Sequence record: OQ067374.1 | Direction: 5' to 3' (one strand) | DNA from: Escherichia phage a20 | DNA length: 64,000 bases | Shown here: positions 53,760 through 64,000 of the stretch, piece by piece | How positions within the stretch are numbered: the stretch's first letter is position 1 | Layout: each line of letters begins with the position of its first letter | Notes under the pieces: model-generated | The model's input: the letters and a program-made list of their open reading frames with translations, nothing else | Told to the model about the DNA's origin: nothing | Database searches by the model: none | Program-made: the position numbers and the translations under genes

Positions 53760-54666
53760 TAATTACACTTGTTAATTTAGAAAGACCAGATTTTACAAAG
53801 TATGAATAAATCTTGCCTTTAGGTTGTGGTTTATATGAGTTATAATACTCTATAATGGTTGAAGCAATATTATCAGGGATATAATCAAAATCAATGAGAA
53901 CCAAATTTTCTTGATACCGTTTATATTCTTCAGCACTTAATAATACTTCAGCTTGAGAACGGTCGTTAGCAATTGCTTCAATAATTGATGTTTTCATGCT
54001 TGGAGTTCGTTCACCATCAACTCTGGTAAACCAGAAGTCGCCACGAACTCGAACCGATGCGACACCATCCTTACGGTCACCTTTAAGAATTTTAGTCATG
54101 CAATCAATTTCAGCAGAACCGTTCTTAATTTTAACCCATTTTTTCTGTGGTGGCGACCACTGTTTAACGTTAGGATATTTGTGTAATTGTGTAAAGTCAC
54201 CATCTGATGCAACAATACATACCTTATGACCAGCTAATGACAAATATTTAGTTAATACACCGATATGGTCATCCGCTTCATACTTGTCAATATCCATTAC
54301 AACGTATGGCATGTATTTCTTAATCTCATCAACAACTTGATGGAGTGCAGTAAAATATCCTTCCCAATCCCACTTTGAAGCTTCACGATCGGTTTTGCGA
54401 TTTTTCTTGTAATAGTAAGCAAAGTCACGACGCCAATAACCTGAAGTAGCATTATCCATACACAATACAAATTTTGTATAGCCTTGCTTACGGAACATCA
54501 CTACGTTTTTACGAATTGAATTCAAGATTACATGTCGAACCATTGGAACAGTAATTTTATCACCGTCTTCAAAGTTGTTTAATGCGGCTGCCAACGCAAT
54601 GTTACTAAAGTCGGCAAGTGCAATACCTTCTTTGTAATCTTCATCCAACATCATTTCTAAATCCAT
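53749..54666 (-). CDS. rnh: RNase H (5'-3' exonuclease / flap endonuclease)
   Basis: 305 aa, same length as T4 RNase H; early promoter upstream. Confidence 0.92.
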   Translation of the reverse strand: MDLEMMLDEDYKEGIALADFSNIALAAALNNFEDGDKITVPMVRHVILNSIRKNVVMFRKQGYTKFVLCMDNATSGYWRRDFAYYYKKNRKTDREASKWDWEGYFTALHQVVDEIKKYMPYVVMDIDKYEADDHIGVLTKYLSLAGHKVCIVASDGDFTQLHKYPNVKQWSPPQKKWVKIKNGSAEIDCMTKILKGDRKDGVASVRVRGDFWFTRVDGERTPSMKTSIIEAIANDRSQAEVLLSAEEYKRYQENLVLIDFDYIPDNIASTIIEYYNSYKPQPKGKIYSYFVKSGLSKLTSVINEF

Positions 54667-54698
54667 ATGAACCTCTTGTTCAGTTAGTCAACTTGTCT

Positions 54699-54728
54699 AT
54701 AGTAACACACTCATTTGAAAGCGTAAAC
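54699..54728 (-). promoter_or_regulatory. early-type promoter for rnh
   Basis: Minus-strand GTTTAC, 18 nt, TACTAT; the -35 lies 4 nt from the plus-strand late promoter of gene 34. Confidence 0.5.
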
Positions 54729-54731
54729 TGG

Positions 54732-54739
54732 TATAAATA
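54732..54739 (+). promoter_or_regulatory. late promoter (TATAAATA) for gene 34
   Basis: Exact TATAAATA about 31 nt upstream of the gene 34 ATG. Confidence 0.7.
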
Positions 54740-54769
54740 AGTATTATTGAAACAATAAAGGAAAAACGA

Positions 54770-57700
54770 ATGGCCGACATCAAACGTAAGTTCAGAGCCG
54801 AAGACGGTCTGGACGCCGGTGGCGACAAGATTGTTAACGTAGCATTAGCCGACCGTACAGTAGGTACTGATGGCGTAAACGTTGACTTCCTGGTACAAGA
54901 AAACACCGTTCAAGTATATGATTCTACGCGTGGATATAACAAAGGATTTGTTGTTCTTTATGACAACCGTTTATATCAAGCAATAAATGATATCGTGTCT
55001 CCTTCCGGGGCATTTAACCTTTTACAATGGCGTGCAGTTCGTACTGATGCACAATGGATAACTGTCGCTTCTGGGACTTATCAACTTTCTTCAGGTGAAT
55101 CGATTTCGGTTAACACTGGTGCCGGCAATGATATGGTTTTCACGTTGCCAAATGCGCCGGTTGATGGTGACACTATTGTTTTGGCTGATATTGGTGGAAG
55201 AACCGGGACAGTTAAAGTACAGATTAACGCGTCTGTGCAGAGTATTTTAAACTTTAGAGGCGAACAAGTTCGTACAGTTTTAATGACGCGTCCGCGTTCA
55301 CAACTAGTGTTTGTGTTTAGTAATCGTTTGTGGCAGATGTATATTACCGATTATGGTAAAGAATCAATCACTGTTACACCTGCGACACCATATCAAGCAC
55401 AAGCAAATGATTTTATCGTTCGTCGTTTTACTAGTGCAGCACCAATCAACATTACACTTCCACGTAATGCTAACAATGGTGATATAATCAGCCTAGTCGA
55501 TTTAGATAAATTAAACCCACTGTATCATACGATTATTAAAACATTTGATGATACAACGTCTATTGGCGAAGTCGGGACTCATATCGTCGAAGGTAGAACT
55601 TCTTCTGACGCGTTTTTTGTTTTTGATGCTGCAAGTAGTTTATGGCGTATATGGGAAGGCGACCAGAAATCGCGTCTTCGTATTATCCGTGCGGATTCAA
55701 ATATTCGCCCAAATGAAGAAGTTCTTATTTTTGGTACAAATAACGCTACAGCAGAAACTATTAACCTTACGCTTCCTACAGGAATTTTGACCGGTGATAC
55801 TGTTAAAATTTCAATGAACTACATGCGTAAAGGCCAAACAGTAAAAATTAAAGCTGCCGAAGGTGATACAATTGCTTCTTCTGTTGCATTACTTCAGTTC
55901 CCTAAACGTTCTGAATATCCACCTGATGCTCAATGGGTCTCTGTTACTGAACTAGAATTCAATGGCACTACTTCATATGTTCCTGTATTAGAATTAGCGT
56001 ATATCGAAGACACCGTTGCTGGTACAAGTTATTGGGTTGTTCAACAAAACGTCCCAACTGTAGAACGTGTCGATGCTGGAACTGATGCTACACGAGCTCG
56101 TTTAGGTGTTATTGCTCTTGCTACTCAAGCGCAAGCAAATGTTGATTTTGAAAATTCTCCGGCTAAAGAAGTTGCTATTACTCCTGAAACGTTGGCAAAT
56201 CGTACAGCAACTGAAGCTCGACGTGGTATCGCTAAAATTGCTACAACAGCACAAGTTAACCAGAATTCCACAGCAGCATTTGTGGACGATACTATTGTTA
56301 CGCCTAAAAAACTAAATGAGCGTACAGCAACTGAAACTCGTCGCGGACTTGCTGAAATTGCTACTCAGGTTGAAACCGATGCTGGTCTTGATGACACAAC
56401 GATTATTACACCTAAGAAATTGCAGGCACGTCAGGGTTCTGAAACACTATCTGGTATAGTTAAATATGTATCAACTACTTCTGCTACTCCTGCTGAAACT
56501 CGTGGGGCTGCAGGCACTAACGTTTATAATAAAACCGTAAATAATTTAACTATTTCTCCTAAAGCCCTTGACCAATATAAAGCAACTTATGCTCAACAAG
56601 GTGCAGTAATTTTAGCTGTTGATAGTGAAGTAATTGCCGGACAATCTCAAGCAGGTTATTCTCACGCTGTAGTAACTCCTGAAACACTACATAAGAAAAC
56701 TTCTACTGATGGACGTATTGGTTTAATTGAAATTGCTACGCAAGCAGAAACTAATGCTGGGACTGATTATACACGTGCAGTAACGCCTAAGACGTTAAAT
56801 GATAGGAGAGCGACGGAAGGATTATCCGGCATAGCCGAACTTGCTACGCAAGTCGAATTTGATACTGGAACTGACGATACTCGTATCTCAACTCCACTGA
56901 AAATTAAAACTCATTTTGATTCTTCTGACCGTACCAGTGTTAATTCTGATTCCGGACTTATTGAAGAAGGAACCTTGTGGAACCATTATACTCTTGATAT
57001 TTCTAAAGCAAATGAAACACAACGTGGTACACTTCGCGTAGCGACTCAGGCAGAATCTAATGCAGGAACTTTAGATGATGTTCTTATTACTCCTAAAAAG
57101 CTTTTAGGGACTAAGTCCACTGAAACGTCTGAAGGTGTAATTAAGGTTGCTACTCGGGCTGAAACTGTAACAGGAACTTCTGCTAATACTGCTGTATCGC
57201 CTAAGAATTTAAAATGGATTGTCCAGAATGAACCAACATGGGCTGCTACTACGGCAATTCGTGGATTCGTTAAAACTTCATCCGGTTCTATTACATTCGT
57301 TGGTAATGATACAGTTGGTTCTACCCAAGATTTAGAACTGTATGAAAAAAATAGCTATGCGGTATCACCATATGAATTAAATCGCGTATTAGCAAATTAT
57401 TTGCCATTGAAAGCTAAAGCCGTAGATAGTAATTTATTAGATGGACTAGATTCATCTCAGTTCATTCGTAGGGATATTGCACAGACGGTTAATGGTTCAC
57501 TAACCTTAACGAAACAAACTAATCTGAGTGCCCCTCTTGTATCATCTAGTACTGCTACGTTTGGTGGGTCAGTTTCGGCAAATAGTACATTAACTATTTC
57601 TAACTCCGGAACAGCTACTCGTCTGATTTTTGAGAAAGGACCTCAAACTGGAACTAACCCAGCACAGACGATGACTATCAGAGTTTGGGGAAATGAATTT

Positions 57701-58645
57701 GGCGGTGGTTCAGATACAACACGTTCTACTGTATTTGAAGTTGGCGATGAAACATCTAATCACTTTTATTCTCAACGTAATAAAGCTGGGAATATAACGT
57801 TTAGCATTAATGGTACTGTGATGCCAATAAATGTTAACGCTTCAGGCACGTTAAATGCGAATGGCGTTGCAACATTTGGTCGTTCAGTTACAGCCAATGG
57901 TGAATTCATTAGCAAGTCTGCAAATGCTTTCAGAGCAATTAGTGGTGATTACGGATTCTTTATTCGTAATGATGGCGGCAGCACATATTTTATGCTTACT
58001 GCATCTGGTGATCAGACCGGCGGATTTAATGGATTACGTCCATTATCAATTAATAATCAATCCGGTCAAGTAACGATTGGTGAAGGCTTAATCATTGCCA
58101 AAGGTGCTACTATAAATTCAGATGGTTTGACTGTTAACTCGAGAATTCGTTCTCAGGGCACTAAAACATCTGATTTATACACCCGCGCACCAACATCTGA
58201 TACAGTAGGATTCTGGTCAATCGATATTAACGATTCAGCCACTTATAACCAGTTCCCAGGTTATTTTAAAATGGTTGAAAAAACTAATGAAGTGACTGGG
58301 CTTCCATACTTAGAACGTGGCGAAGAAGTTAAATCTCCTGGTACATTGACTCAGTTTGGTAACACACTTGATTCGCTTTACCAAGATTGGATTACTTATC
58401 CAACAACTCCAGAAGCACGTACAACCCGTTGGACACGTACATGGCAGAAAACTAAAAATTCTTGGTCAAGTTTTGTTCAGGTATTTGATGGTGGAAACCC
58501 TCCTCAACCTTCTGATATTGGTGCTTTACCTTCTGATAATGCAACAATCGGAAACTTGACAATAAGGGATTTCTTAAGGATTGGTAATGTCCGCATTATT
58601 CCGGACCCTGTGAATAAATCTGTTAAATTCGAGTGGATTGAATAA
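54770..58645 (+). CDS. 34: long tail fiber proximal subunit gp34
   Basis: 1291 aa (T4 gp34 is 1289); late promoter at 54732-54739. Confidence 0.95.
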   Translation: MADIKRKFRAEDGLDAGGDKIVNVALADRTVGTDGVNVDFLVQENTVQVYDSTRGYNKGFVVLYDNRLYQAINDIVSPSGAFNLLQWRAVRTDAQWITVASGTYQLSSGESISVNTGAGNDMVFTLPNAPVDGDTIVLADIGGRTGTVKVQINASVQSILNFRGEQVRTVLMTRPRSQLVFVFSNRLWQMYITDYGKESITVTPATPYQAQANDFIVRRFTSAAPINITLPRNANNGDIISLVDLDKLNPLYHTIIKTFDDTTSIGEVGTHIVEGRTSSDAFFVFDAASSLWRIWEGDQKSRLRIIRADSNIRPNEEVLIFGTNNATAETINLTLPTGILTGDTVKISMNYMRKGQTVKIKAAEGDTIASSVALLQFPKRSEYPPDAQWVSVTELEFNGTTSYVPVLELAYIEDTVAGTSYWVVQQNVPTVERVDAGTDATRARLGVIALATQAQANVDFENSPAKEVAITPETLANRTATEARRGIAKIATTAQVNQNSTAAFVDDTIVTPKKLNERTATETRRGLAEIATQVETDAGLDDTTIITPKKLQARQGSETLSGIVKYVSTTSATPAETRGAAGTNVYNKTVNNLTISPKALDQYKATYAQQGAVILAVDSEVIAGQSQAGYSHAVVTPETLHKKTSTDGRIGLIEIATQAETNAGTDYTRAVTPKTLNDRRATEGLSGIAELATQVEFDTGTDDTRISTPLKIKTHFDSSDRTSVNSDSGLIEEGTLWNHYTLDISKANETQRGTLRVATQAESNAGTLDDVLITPKKLLGTKSTETSEGVIKVATRAETVTGTSANTAVSPKNLKWIVQNEPTWAATTAIRGFVKTSSGSITFVGNDTVGSTQDLELYEKNSYAVSPYELNRVLANYLPLKAKAVDSNLLDGLDSSQFIRRDIAQTVNGSLTLTKQTNLSAPLVSSSTATFGGSVSANSTLTISNSGTATRLIFEKGPQTGTNPAQTMTIRVWGNEFGGGSDTTRSTVFEVGDETSNHFYSQRNKAGNITFSINGTVMPINVNASGTLNANGVATFGRSVTANGEFISKSANAFRAISGDYGFFIRNDGGSTYFMLTASGDQTGGFNGLRPLSINNQSGQVTIGEGLIIAKGATINSDGLTVNSRIRSQGTKTSDLYTRAPTSDTVGFWSIDINDSATYNQFPGYFKMVEKTNEVTGLPYLERGEEVKSPGTLTQFGNTLDSLYQDWITYPTTPEARTTRWTRTWQKTKNSWSSFVQVFDGGNPPQPSDIGALPSDNATIGNLTIRDFLRIGNVRIIPDPVNKSVKFEWIE

Positions 58646-58653
58646 GAGGTATT

Positions 58654-59781
58654 ATGGAAAAATTTATGGCTAAGTTTGGACAAGGATACGTCCAAACGCC
58701 ATTTTTATCGGAAAGCAATTCAGTACGATTTAAATTAAGCATAGCGGGCTCTTGCCCGCTATCAACATCTCCTGCTTATATTAAGTTTCAAGATAATCCA
58801 CTTGGGTCTCAGGTTTTTTCCGTTGGATTAAACGTTCGTGTAATAAATCCTACAACAGGTGCAGTAGTTGAATCTAAGACATATAATTTCTCTACTGAAA
58901 ACGACGCCACGTCAAGTGCATTTGTTACTTTCATGGACACATATGCTTCAAATTTTATATTTGCTCTTGTTACCAACGCTAAAACAAACTTTCCACCTGA
59001 AGTTCTTGCATGGTTTACTAAAGCTGGGAGTTCTGCTATTCCATTAGCTCAACAAGTTTTAAATATAGTGGACATTTCTTATTCTGCATTTTATATTTCT
59101 GGTAAGAATGCTATAGCACTAGAACATATTAAGTATAGTAATAAGAAAACTTCAACCGACTATAGTACACCACTTGATGTTGTGTACGACACGATCGATG
59201 ATATTGGTGCTACCGGCTTCCCTAGTCGTACGTACGAATCGACAGACACATTTTTATCTGCTGTTGGAGGTACTAATAATGAAATTAAAAGGATGCCTAC
59301 AACGTCCATTATTACACCTCTCGCTGGGTATAAATTGAAGCCTGGAGATTTCCTTTATATGAAATTCCAACTAATGGCCGATGCTGATTTGTTAGCACAA
59401 GGGACGACACGACTTTCTATTCGTTTCTTTAAATCTCCTTCTACTTCACCTATTTCATTTAAGGATACAAACTTTGATGGGGTTGCAGGTGAATGGAAGA
59501 TATATGAAGACTACATAGAAATTCCTGCTGATGCCGACGGGTTCACGATTTATTGTTATCGTACAGCTCCAGTCGGGCAAGGTGGATTAAGAAACGTTAT
59601 ATTCACTGAAGTATCATGTAATGGAAGCGTTTCAAAACCTGCTGAGTTTGGTATAAATGGTATTCGTGTAAATTATGTTTCAGAGTCTTTAAGTGCCCCA
59701 GACATAATGACATTACCTACTCAATCTTCAACTGATACTGGTAAGGTATTTGGACAAGAATTTAAAGAAGCATCAGAATAA
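58654..59781 (+). CDS. 35: long tail fiber hinge connector gp35
   Basis: 375 aa; synteny; followed by terminator. Confidence 0.9.
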   Translation: MEKFMAKFGQGYVQTPFLSESNSVRFKLSIAGSCPLSTSPAYIKFQDNPLGSQVFSVGLNVRVINPTTGAVVESKTYNFSTENDATSSAFVTFMDTYASNFIFALVTNAKTNFPPEVLAWFTKAGSSAIPLAQQVLNIVDISYSAFYISGKNAIALEHIKYSNKKTSTDYSTPLDVVYDTIDDIGATGFPSRTYESTDTFLSAVGGTNNEIKRMPTTSIITPLAGYKLKPGDFLYMKFQLMADADLLAQGTTRLSIRFFKSPSTSPISFKDTNFDGVAGEWKIYEDYIEIPADADGFTIYCYRTAPVGQGGLRNVIFTEVSCNGSVSKPAEFGINGIRVNYVSESLSAPDIMTLPTQSSTDTGKVFGQEFKEASE

Positions 59782-59786
59782 ATTTA

Positions 59787-59810
59787 GGGAGACTTCGGTC
59801 TCCCATTTTT
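59787..59810 (+). terminator. terminator after gene 35
   Basis: GGGAGAC-UUCG-GUCUCCC hairpin followed by ATTTTT. Confidence 0.8.
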
Positions 59811-59811
59811 G

Positions 59812-59819
59812 TATAAATA
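59812..59819 (+). promoter_or_regulatory. late promoter (TATAAATA) for gene 36
   Basis: Exact TATAAATA about 25 nt upstream of the gene 36 ATG, right after the gene 35 terminator. Confidence 0.7.
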
Positions 59820-59843
59820 TGGTATACATATAAGGAGACAACT

Positions 59844-60509
59844 ATGGCCGATTTAAAAGCTGGTAGTACAACTGGCGGTGCCGTTATATGGCATCAAGGT
59901 AATTTCCCTTTAATGCCAGCAGGTGATGACGTCCTGTATAAAACGTTTAAACTCTATTCAGAATATAATAAACCACAAGCGGCTGATAACGATTTCGTTT
60001 CTAAAGCAAATGGTGGTACGTATGCCGCTCGAGTAACATTTAATAATGGTGTGCAAATACCATATGCTATAAACAATACAAACCAAAGCGGTATTTTTCC
60101 TGGTAACGGTGATGCAGCTACTTTTGTTACAGCAAATATTGACATCGTTTCGTGGTATGGTATTGGTTTTAAATCATCACAAGGATCCGCCGGGAGAACT
60201 GTAGTAATCAATACACGTAATGGTGATATTAATACAAAAGGCGTTGTGTCGGCAGCTGGTCAAGTAAGAAGCGATATGACTGCTCCGGTTGCAGCAAATG
60301 ATCTCACAAGAAAAGATTATGTTGATGGACGAATAAATATTGTTACGGATAACGCAAATTCCCGTGTATTGCGTAAAGGCGATACCATGACTGGTACTTT
60401 AACAGCACCAAACTTTTTCTCACAGAATCCGGCGTCTGAGGCTAATCATGTTCCTCGTTTCGACCAGATTGTAATTAAAGATTCTGTTCAAGATTTCGGC
60501 TATTATTAA
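59844..60509 (+). CDS. 36: long tail fiber distal connector gp36
   Basis: 221 aa, same length as T4 gp36; late promoter at 59812-59819. Confidence 0.9.
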   Translation: MADLKAGSTTGGAVIWHQGNFPLMPAGDDVLYKTFKLYSEYNKPQAADNDFVSKANGGTYAARVTFNNGVQIPYAINNTNQSGIFPGNGDAATFVTANIDIVSWYGIGFKSSQGSAGRTVVINTRNGDINTKGVVSAAGQVRSDMTAPVAANDLTRKDYVDGRINIVTDNANSRVLRKGDTMTGTLTAPNFFSQNPASEANHVPRFDQIVIKDSVQDFGYY

Positions 60510-60517
60510 GAGGACTT

Positions 60518-63500
60518 ATGGCTACATTAAAACAGATACAATTTAAAAGAAGCAAAGTAGCAGGAGTTAATCCTACTGCAGCACAATTAGCCGAAGGCGA
60601 ATTAGCGATAAACTTAAAAGATCGAACTCTTTTTACTAAAGATGACCTCGGTAATATTATTAGCCTAGGCTTTGCTAAGGGCGGGGATATTAACGGTAAT
60701 GTAACTCAAAATGGCGATTATTTACAAAACGGTACATATAATCTTAATGGAAACCAGTTTGTTTATGCAGGAAAATATATTGAATTTTTACCTAAAATAG
60801 CTGGTAATGGCGCTTGGGCAAATCAACACCTAAATAAAGCCCCTATCTTTACAGATTTGAGTTCAACTACCTCAGTATCAGAATATCATCCTCTGATTAA
60901 GCAACGTTATAAAGACGGTACTTTTTCTGCCGGTACATTAGTAAACGAAGGTAGTTTTAAATTCCATTATATTGATGAAACCGGGACTTCAAAATATTGG
61001 ACTTTTAATCGAAATGGTAATTTCATCGTAGATTCCGGTAGTATTGAAGTTCGTACCGGTAATATTTCTGCTTCAGGCAATATAAACTCTGCTAATGGTA
61101 TTATCACCGGTCCTGAAATTGTTACTAAAAATATTAATTTTAGTACAAAAAGATTTGTAGCTAATGCTAACATTGGATATGATTGGGTTTCTTTACCTAC
61201 TTGGGTTTATAACCCACCGGCTGATGGTTCTGATAATACTACTAACGGTTTAAACTATTTGCGTAAATTGCGTGCATCAAGTGCATCAAGTATTTTCCAT
61301 GAAATTGCCGATTGCCGAAAAGGTAAGCCACAAGAAATTTCTTGGTGGACAGGTGTAGGCCCGGAATCTTTCCAATGGGCGTTTGATACCTCCGGTCGTA
61401 TTACTGCAGGTAAATCGATTTCGGTAGGTCTTCCTGATAATGGTACAAATGGACGTTATCCTTTAGATTCTGCGATTTCTATAGGTATTGCAATTGGTGA
61501 TAACGACACCGGTATTAAATGGGTCCGCGACGGTGTTATTGATTTCATGGCTAACGGTATTTCATCCGCTACCATTTTGAATAAAGGTATTAACAGCACT
61601 AAGAAATTGATGGTCGGTTATAGCCGCGATTCTGGTACTACTTGGGATTACCCAAATAACAACCAAGCAATGTTTACTGCGCGTACCGATGTTGATGGTA
61701 ATAATAATGGTGATGGTCAAACTCATATCGGTTATAGCAGTAATTCTAAAATGTATCACTATTTCCGTGGCACGGGTCGTATGTCCATTAGTATGGGTGA
61801 TGGGCTTCTTGTTGAGCCTGGCATTTTAGATATTAAAACCGGTTCAAATTCGTTAAATTTGCGTGCTGATGGTACCATCGCTTCTGTTCAAACATTAAAA
61901 CTTAATAATGGATTATATTTTAATGGTGATGGAACTAATGCTTCTCTAGTTTTTAAAGCAGCTTCAGGTATTGATGGCACTAAGCAAATTTTGTGGGAAG
62001 GCGGTACTCGTGCTGGTCAGAATAAAAGCTATGTAACTGTTAAAGCATGGGGTAATTCATTTAACGCATCTGGCGATCGTAATCGTGAAACGGTTTTTGA
62101 AGTATCAGATGGGCAAGGATATTATTTTTATTCACAGCGTGTGGCTCCAAGTGGCTCTGAAACTACTGGGCCTGTTGTAACCCAGTTCAATGGACAAGTT
62201 AATGCTAGAGGAAGTATTATTACTGACGGAAGTTTTAAAGTTAATGGATTAAGCACTTTAGTCGGTAATGTTACCATGTCTAATGGTTTGTTTGTCCAAG
62301 GTGGTTCTTCTATTACTGGACAAGTTAAAATTGGCGGAACGGCAGATGCATTAAGAATTTGGAATGCCGAATACGGTGCTATTTTCCGACGTTCTGAAGA
62401 TAAGCTTTATATTATTCCAACTCCGCAGAATGCCGGTGAATCAGGTGGTATTTCTAATTTACGTCCGTTCTATATTACATTAAGTGATGGTCAAGTTTCT
62501 ATGGACCATGTAGTAGATATAGGCGGCGGTAGATTTAAAGTAGATACAACCGGTACTACGGCTGGACAACGCATAACAGTAAATATGGCGTCAGATGCTA
62601 TTAGAATAAATGCCCCAACACAAGAATCTTCTAACTTCATCCAAGGACGTAAAGCGGATGTTCCGAAATGGTATTTAGGTATTGGCGATGGCGGTAACGT
62701 CGTTCGTATGCACAGTTACACCTACTCCCATGGTATTGCATTAAACTCTGATACGGTTGATATAGCTAAACCTCTTAGAATAGGTTCAGCTCAATTAGGT
62801 ACTGATGGTAATATCACCGGTGGTTCTGGCAACTTTGCTAACTTGAATACCACAATAAATAACCTTAAGACGGATATTGTGTCGAGTTATCCAATTGGTG
62901 CTCCGATTCCTTGGCCTACTGATACACCTCCTGATGGTTATGCCATAATGGAAGGTCAAACATTTGATGTTGGCTTGTATCCTAAGTTAGCTGCGGTGTA
63001 TCCTTCCGGCGCTCTGCCTGATATGCGTGGTCAAACTATCAAGGGTAAACCATCTGGGCGCGCTGTATTAAGTACAGAAGCAGACGGTGTTAAGTCACAT
63101 AGCCATAGTGCAAGTGCATCAAGCACAGATTTGGGTACTAAGACCACTTCTAGTTTTGATTACGGTACTAAAACATCTTCAAGCTTTGATTATGGTACTA
63201 AGACCAGCAATACCACTGGTAACCATAACCATACAGTGAGTGGTAATACTGGTTCTGCTGGTGCACACCAACATGCGCGTTCAGGCCCTCAGGTACAAGG
63301 CGGCATACCCACTAGCGTATTCTATGATGGATACAATAGTGCGGGTCCAAACGGCAACGCTAAATTCACTGCAACCGTGAGCGGTGCTACTGCATCGTCG
63401 AATATGGCCAAAACTTCTTCAGACGGTGCCCACACCCATAGTTGGTCAGGAACTACTAGCGCTACGGGTAACCATGCTCATACTGTGGGTATTGGTGCTC

Positions 63501-63643
63501 ATACCCATTCGGTAGGTATTGGTGCTCATACGCATACTGTTGCAATTGGTTCCCATGGACATACAATAACTGTAAATGCCACAGGAAATACAGAAAACAC
63601 AGTTAAAAACGTTGCTTTTAACTATATCGTTCGTTTAGCATAA
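60518..63643 (+). CDS. 37: long tail fiber distal subunit gp37 (receptor-binding tip)
   Basis: 1041 aa; C-terminal His-box (HxH) repeats and terminal NYIVRLA as in T4-type gp37. Confidence 0.95.
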   Translation: MATLKQIQFKRSKVAGVNPTAAQLAEGELAINLKDRTLFTKDDLGNIISLGFAKGGDINGNVTQNGDYLQNGTYNLNGNQFVYAGKYIEFLPKIAGNGAWANQHLNKAPIFTDLSSTTSVSEYHPLIKQRYKDGTFSAGTLVNEGSFKFHYIDETGTSKYWTFNRNGNFIVDSGSIEVRTGNISASGNINSANGIITGPEIVTKNINFSTKRFVANANIGYDWVSLPTWVYNPPADGSDNTTNGLNYLRKLRASSASSIFHEIADCRKGKPQEISWWTGVGPESFQWAFDTSGRITAGKSISVGLPDNGTNGRYPLDSAISIGIAIGDNDTGIKWVRDGVIDFMANGISSATILNKGINSTKKLMVGYSRDSGTTWDYPNNNQAMFTARTDVDGNNNGDGQTHIGYSSNSKMYHYFRGTGRMSISMGDGLLVEPGILDIKTGSNSLNLRADGTIASVQTLKLNNGLYFNGDGTNASLVFKAASGIDGTKQILWEGGTRAGQNKSYVTVKAWGNSFNASGDRNRETVFEVSDGQGYYFYSQRVAPSGSETTGPVVTQFNGQVNARGSIITDGSFKVNGLSTLVGNVTMSNGLFVQGGSSITGQVKIGGTADALRIWNAEYGAIFRRSEDKLYIIPTPQNAGESGGISNLRPFYITLSDGQVSMDHVVDIGGGRFKVDTTGTTAGQRITVNMASDAIRINAPTQESSNFIQGRKADVPKWYLGIGDGGNVVRMHSYTYSHGIALNSDTVDIAKPLRIGSAQLGTDGNITGGSGNFANLNTTINNLKTDIVSSYPIGAPIPWPTDTPPDGYAIMEGQTFDVGLYPKLAAVYPSGALPDMRGQTIKGKPSGRAVLSTEADGVKSHSHSASASSTDLGTKTTSSFDYGTKTSSSFDYGTKTSNTTGNHNHTVSGNTGSAGAHQHARSGPQVQGGIPTSVFYDGYNSAGPNGNAKFTATVSGATASSNMAKTSSDGAHTHSWSGTTSATGNHAHTVGIGAHTHSVGIGAHTHTVAIGSHGHTITVNATGNTENTVKNVAFNYIVRLA
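63134..63223 (+). repeat. imperfect 30-bp tandem repeat (about 3 copies) in gene 37, encoding GTKT(T/S)SSFDY units
   Basis: GGTACTAAGACCACTTCTAGTTTTGATTAC / GGTACTAAAACATCTTCAAGCTTTGATTAT / GGTACTAAGACCAGCAATACCACTGGTAAC. Confidence 0.8.
63488..63565 (+). repeat. 27-bp tandem His-box repeats in gene 37 (GIGAHTHSV / GIGAHTHTV / AIGSHGHT)
   Basis: GGTATTGGTGCTCATACCCATTCGGTA repeated with few substitutions; encodes HxH motifs. Confidence 0.8.
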
Positions 63644-63649
63644 GGAGAA

Positions 63650-63668
63650 GGGACTTCTGTCCCTTTTT
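63650..63668 (+). terminator. terminator-like hairpin after gene 37
   Basis: GGGAC-TTCT-GTCCC followed by TTTTT. Confidence 0.6.
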
Positions 63669-63672
63669 ATAA

Positions 63673-64000
63673 TATGAAACTCTATCACTATTATTTTGAC
63701 ACTAAAGAATTTTACAAAGAAGAAAATTATAAACCATTAAAAGGCGTAGGATTTCCGGCTCATTCGACACCAAAAAAACCTTTAGACCCTAAAGAAGGCT
63801 ATGCTGTTGTATTTGATGAACGCGAACAAGAATGGGTATATATTGAAGACCATCGTGGAAAAACAGTATGGACTTATGATAAGCAAAAAATTGTTATTGA
63901 CACTCCAGGTGCTCTTCAAAATGTTACTACAGAAGAACCTGGTGAATTTGACATTTGGACCGACGACGGGTGGAAGGAAGATGAAGCATATAAACGCGTA
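63673..64000 (+). CDS. 38: gp38 tail-fiber assembly chaperone (3'-truncated by window end)
   Basis: Begins MKLYHYYFDTKEFYKEENYKP, matching T4 gp38 N-terminus; runs off the window. Confidence 0.85.

Noticed and set aside
63090-63570. His-rich repeats in gp37 as a separate metal-binding gene or a CRISPR-like array
   Set aside because: The repeats are in-frame coding repeats within gp37, of unequal length and without spacer architecture; they are the known His-box region of the fibre tip.

Overview
This 64-kb window is a contiguous, gene-dense block of a T4-like (T-even, Tevenvirinae) myovirus genome. Gene order matches my recollection of phage T4 from gene 16 (the window begins at its ATG) to gene 38 (cut off at the window end). 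Plus-strand late blocks (16-17-18-19-20-67-68-21-22-23-24; uvsW; 51-27-28-29-48-54; 34-35-36-37-38) alternate with minus-strand early/middle blocks (rnlB to hoc-inh; uvsY-25-26; alt, ligase 30, 30.x, rIII, 31, cd, pseT, spanins, alc, rnlA, denA, nrdB, nrdA, td, frd, 32, 59, 33, dsbA, rnh). Two genes are split by group I introns carrying homing endonucleases: nrdB (about 1090 nt, intact I-TevIII-like HNH) and td (1016 nt, I-TevI). T4-type late promoters (TATAAATA), early promoters (GTTTAC / TAnTAT) and UUCG-tetraloop hairpins recur throughout. I found no CRISPR array, tRNA or rRNA, and no convincing wholly new multi-gene system. The items most worth a second look are: an AroG-like DAHP synthase between cd and pseT; hoc broken by two compensating homopolymer frameshifts; an orphan 89-aa early gene antisense between genes 23 and 24; a free-standing HNH endonuclease overlapping the nrdA start; and a NADAR/YbiA-like early gene. 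All names rest on by-eye comparison with remembered T4 and E. coli proteins; no database search was run.
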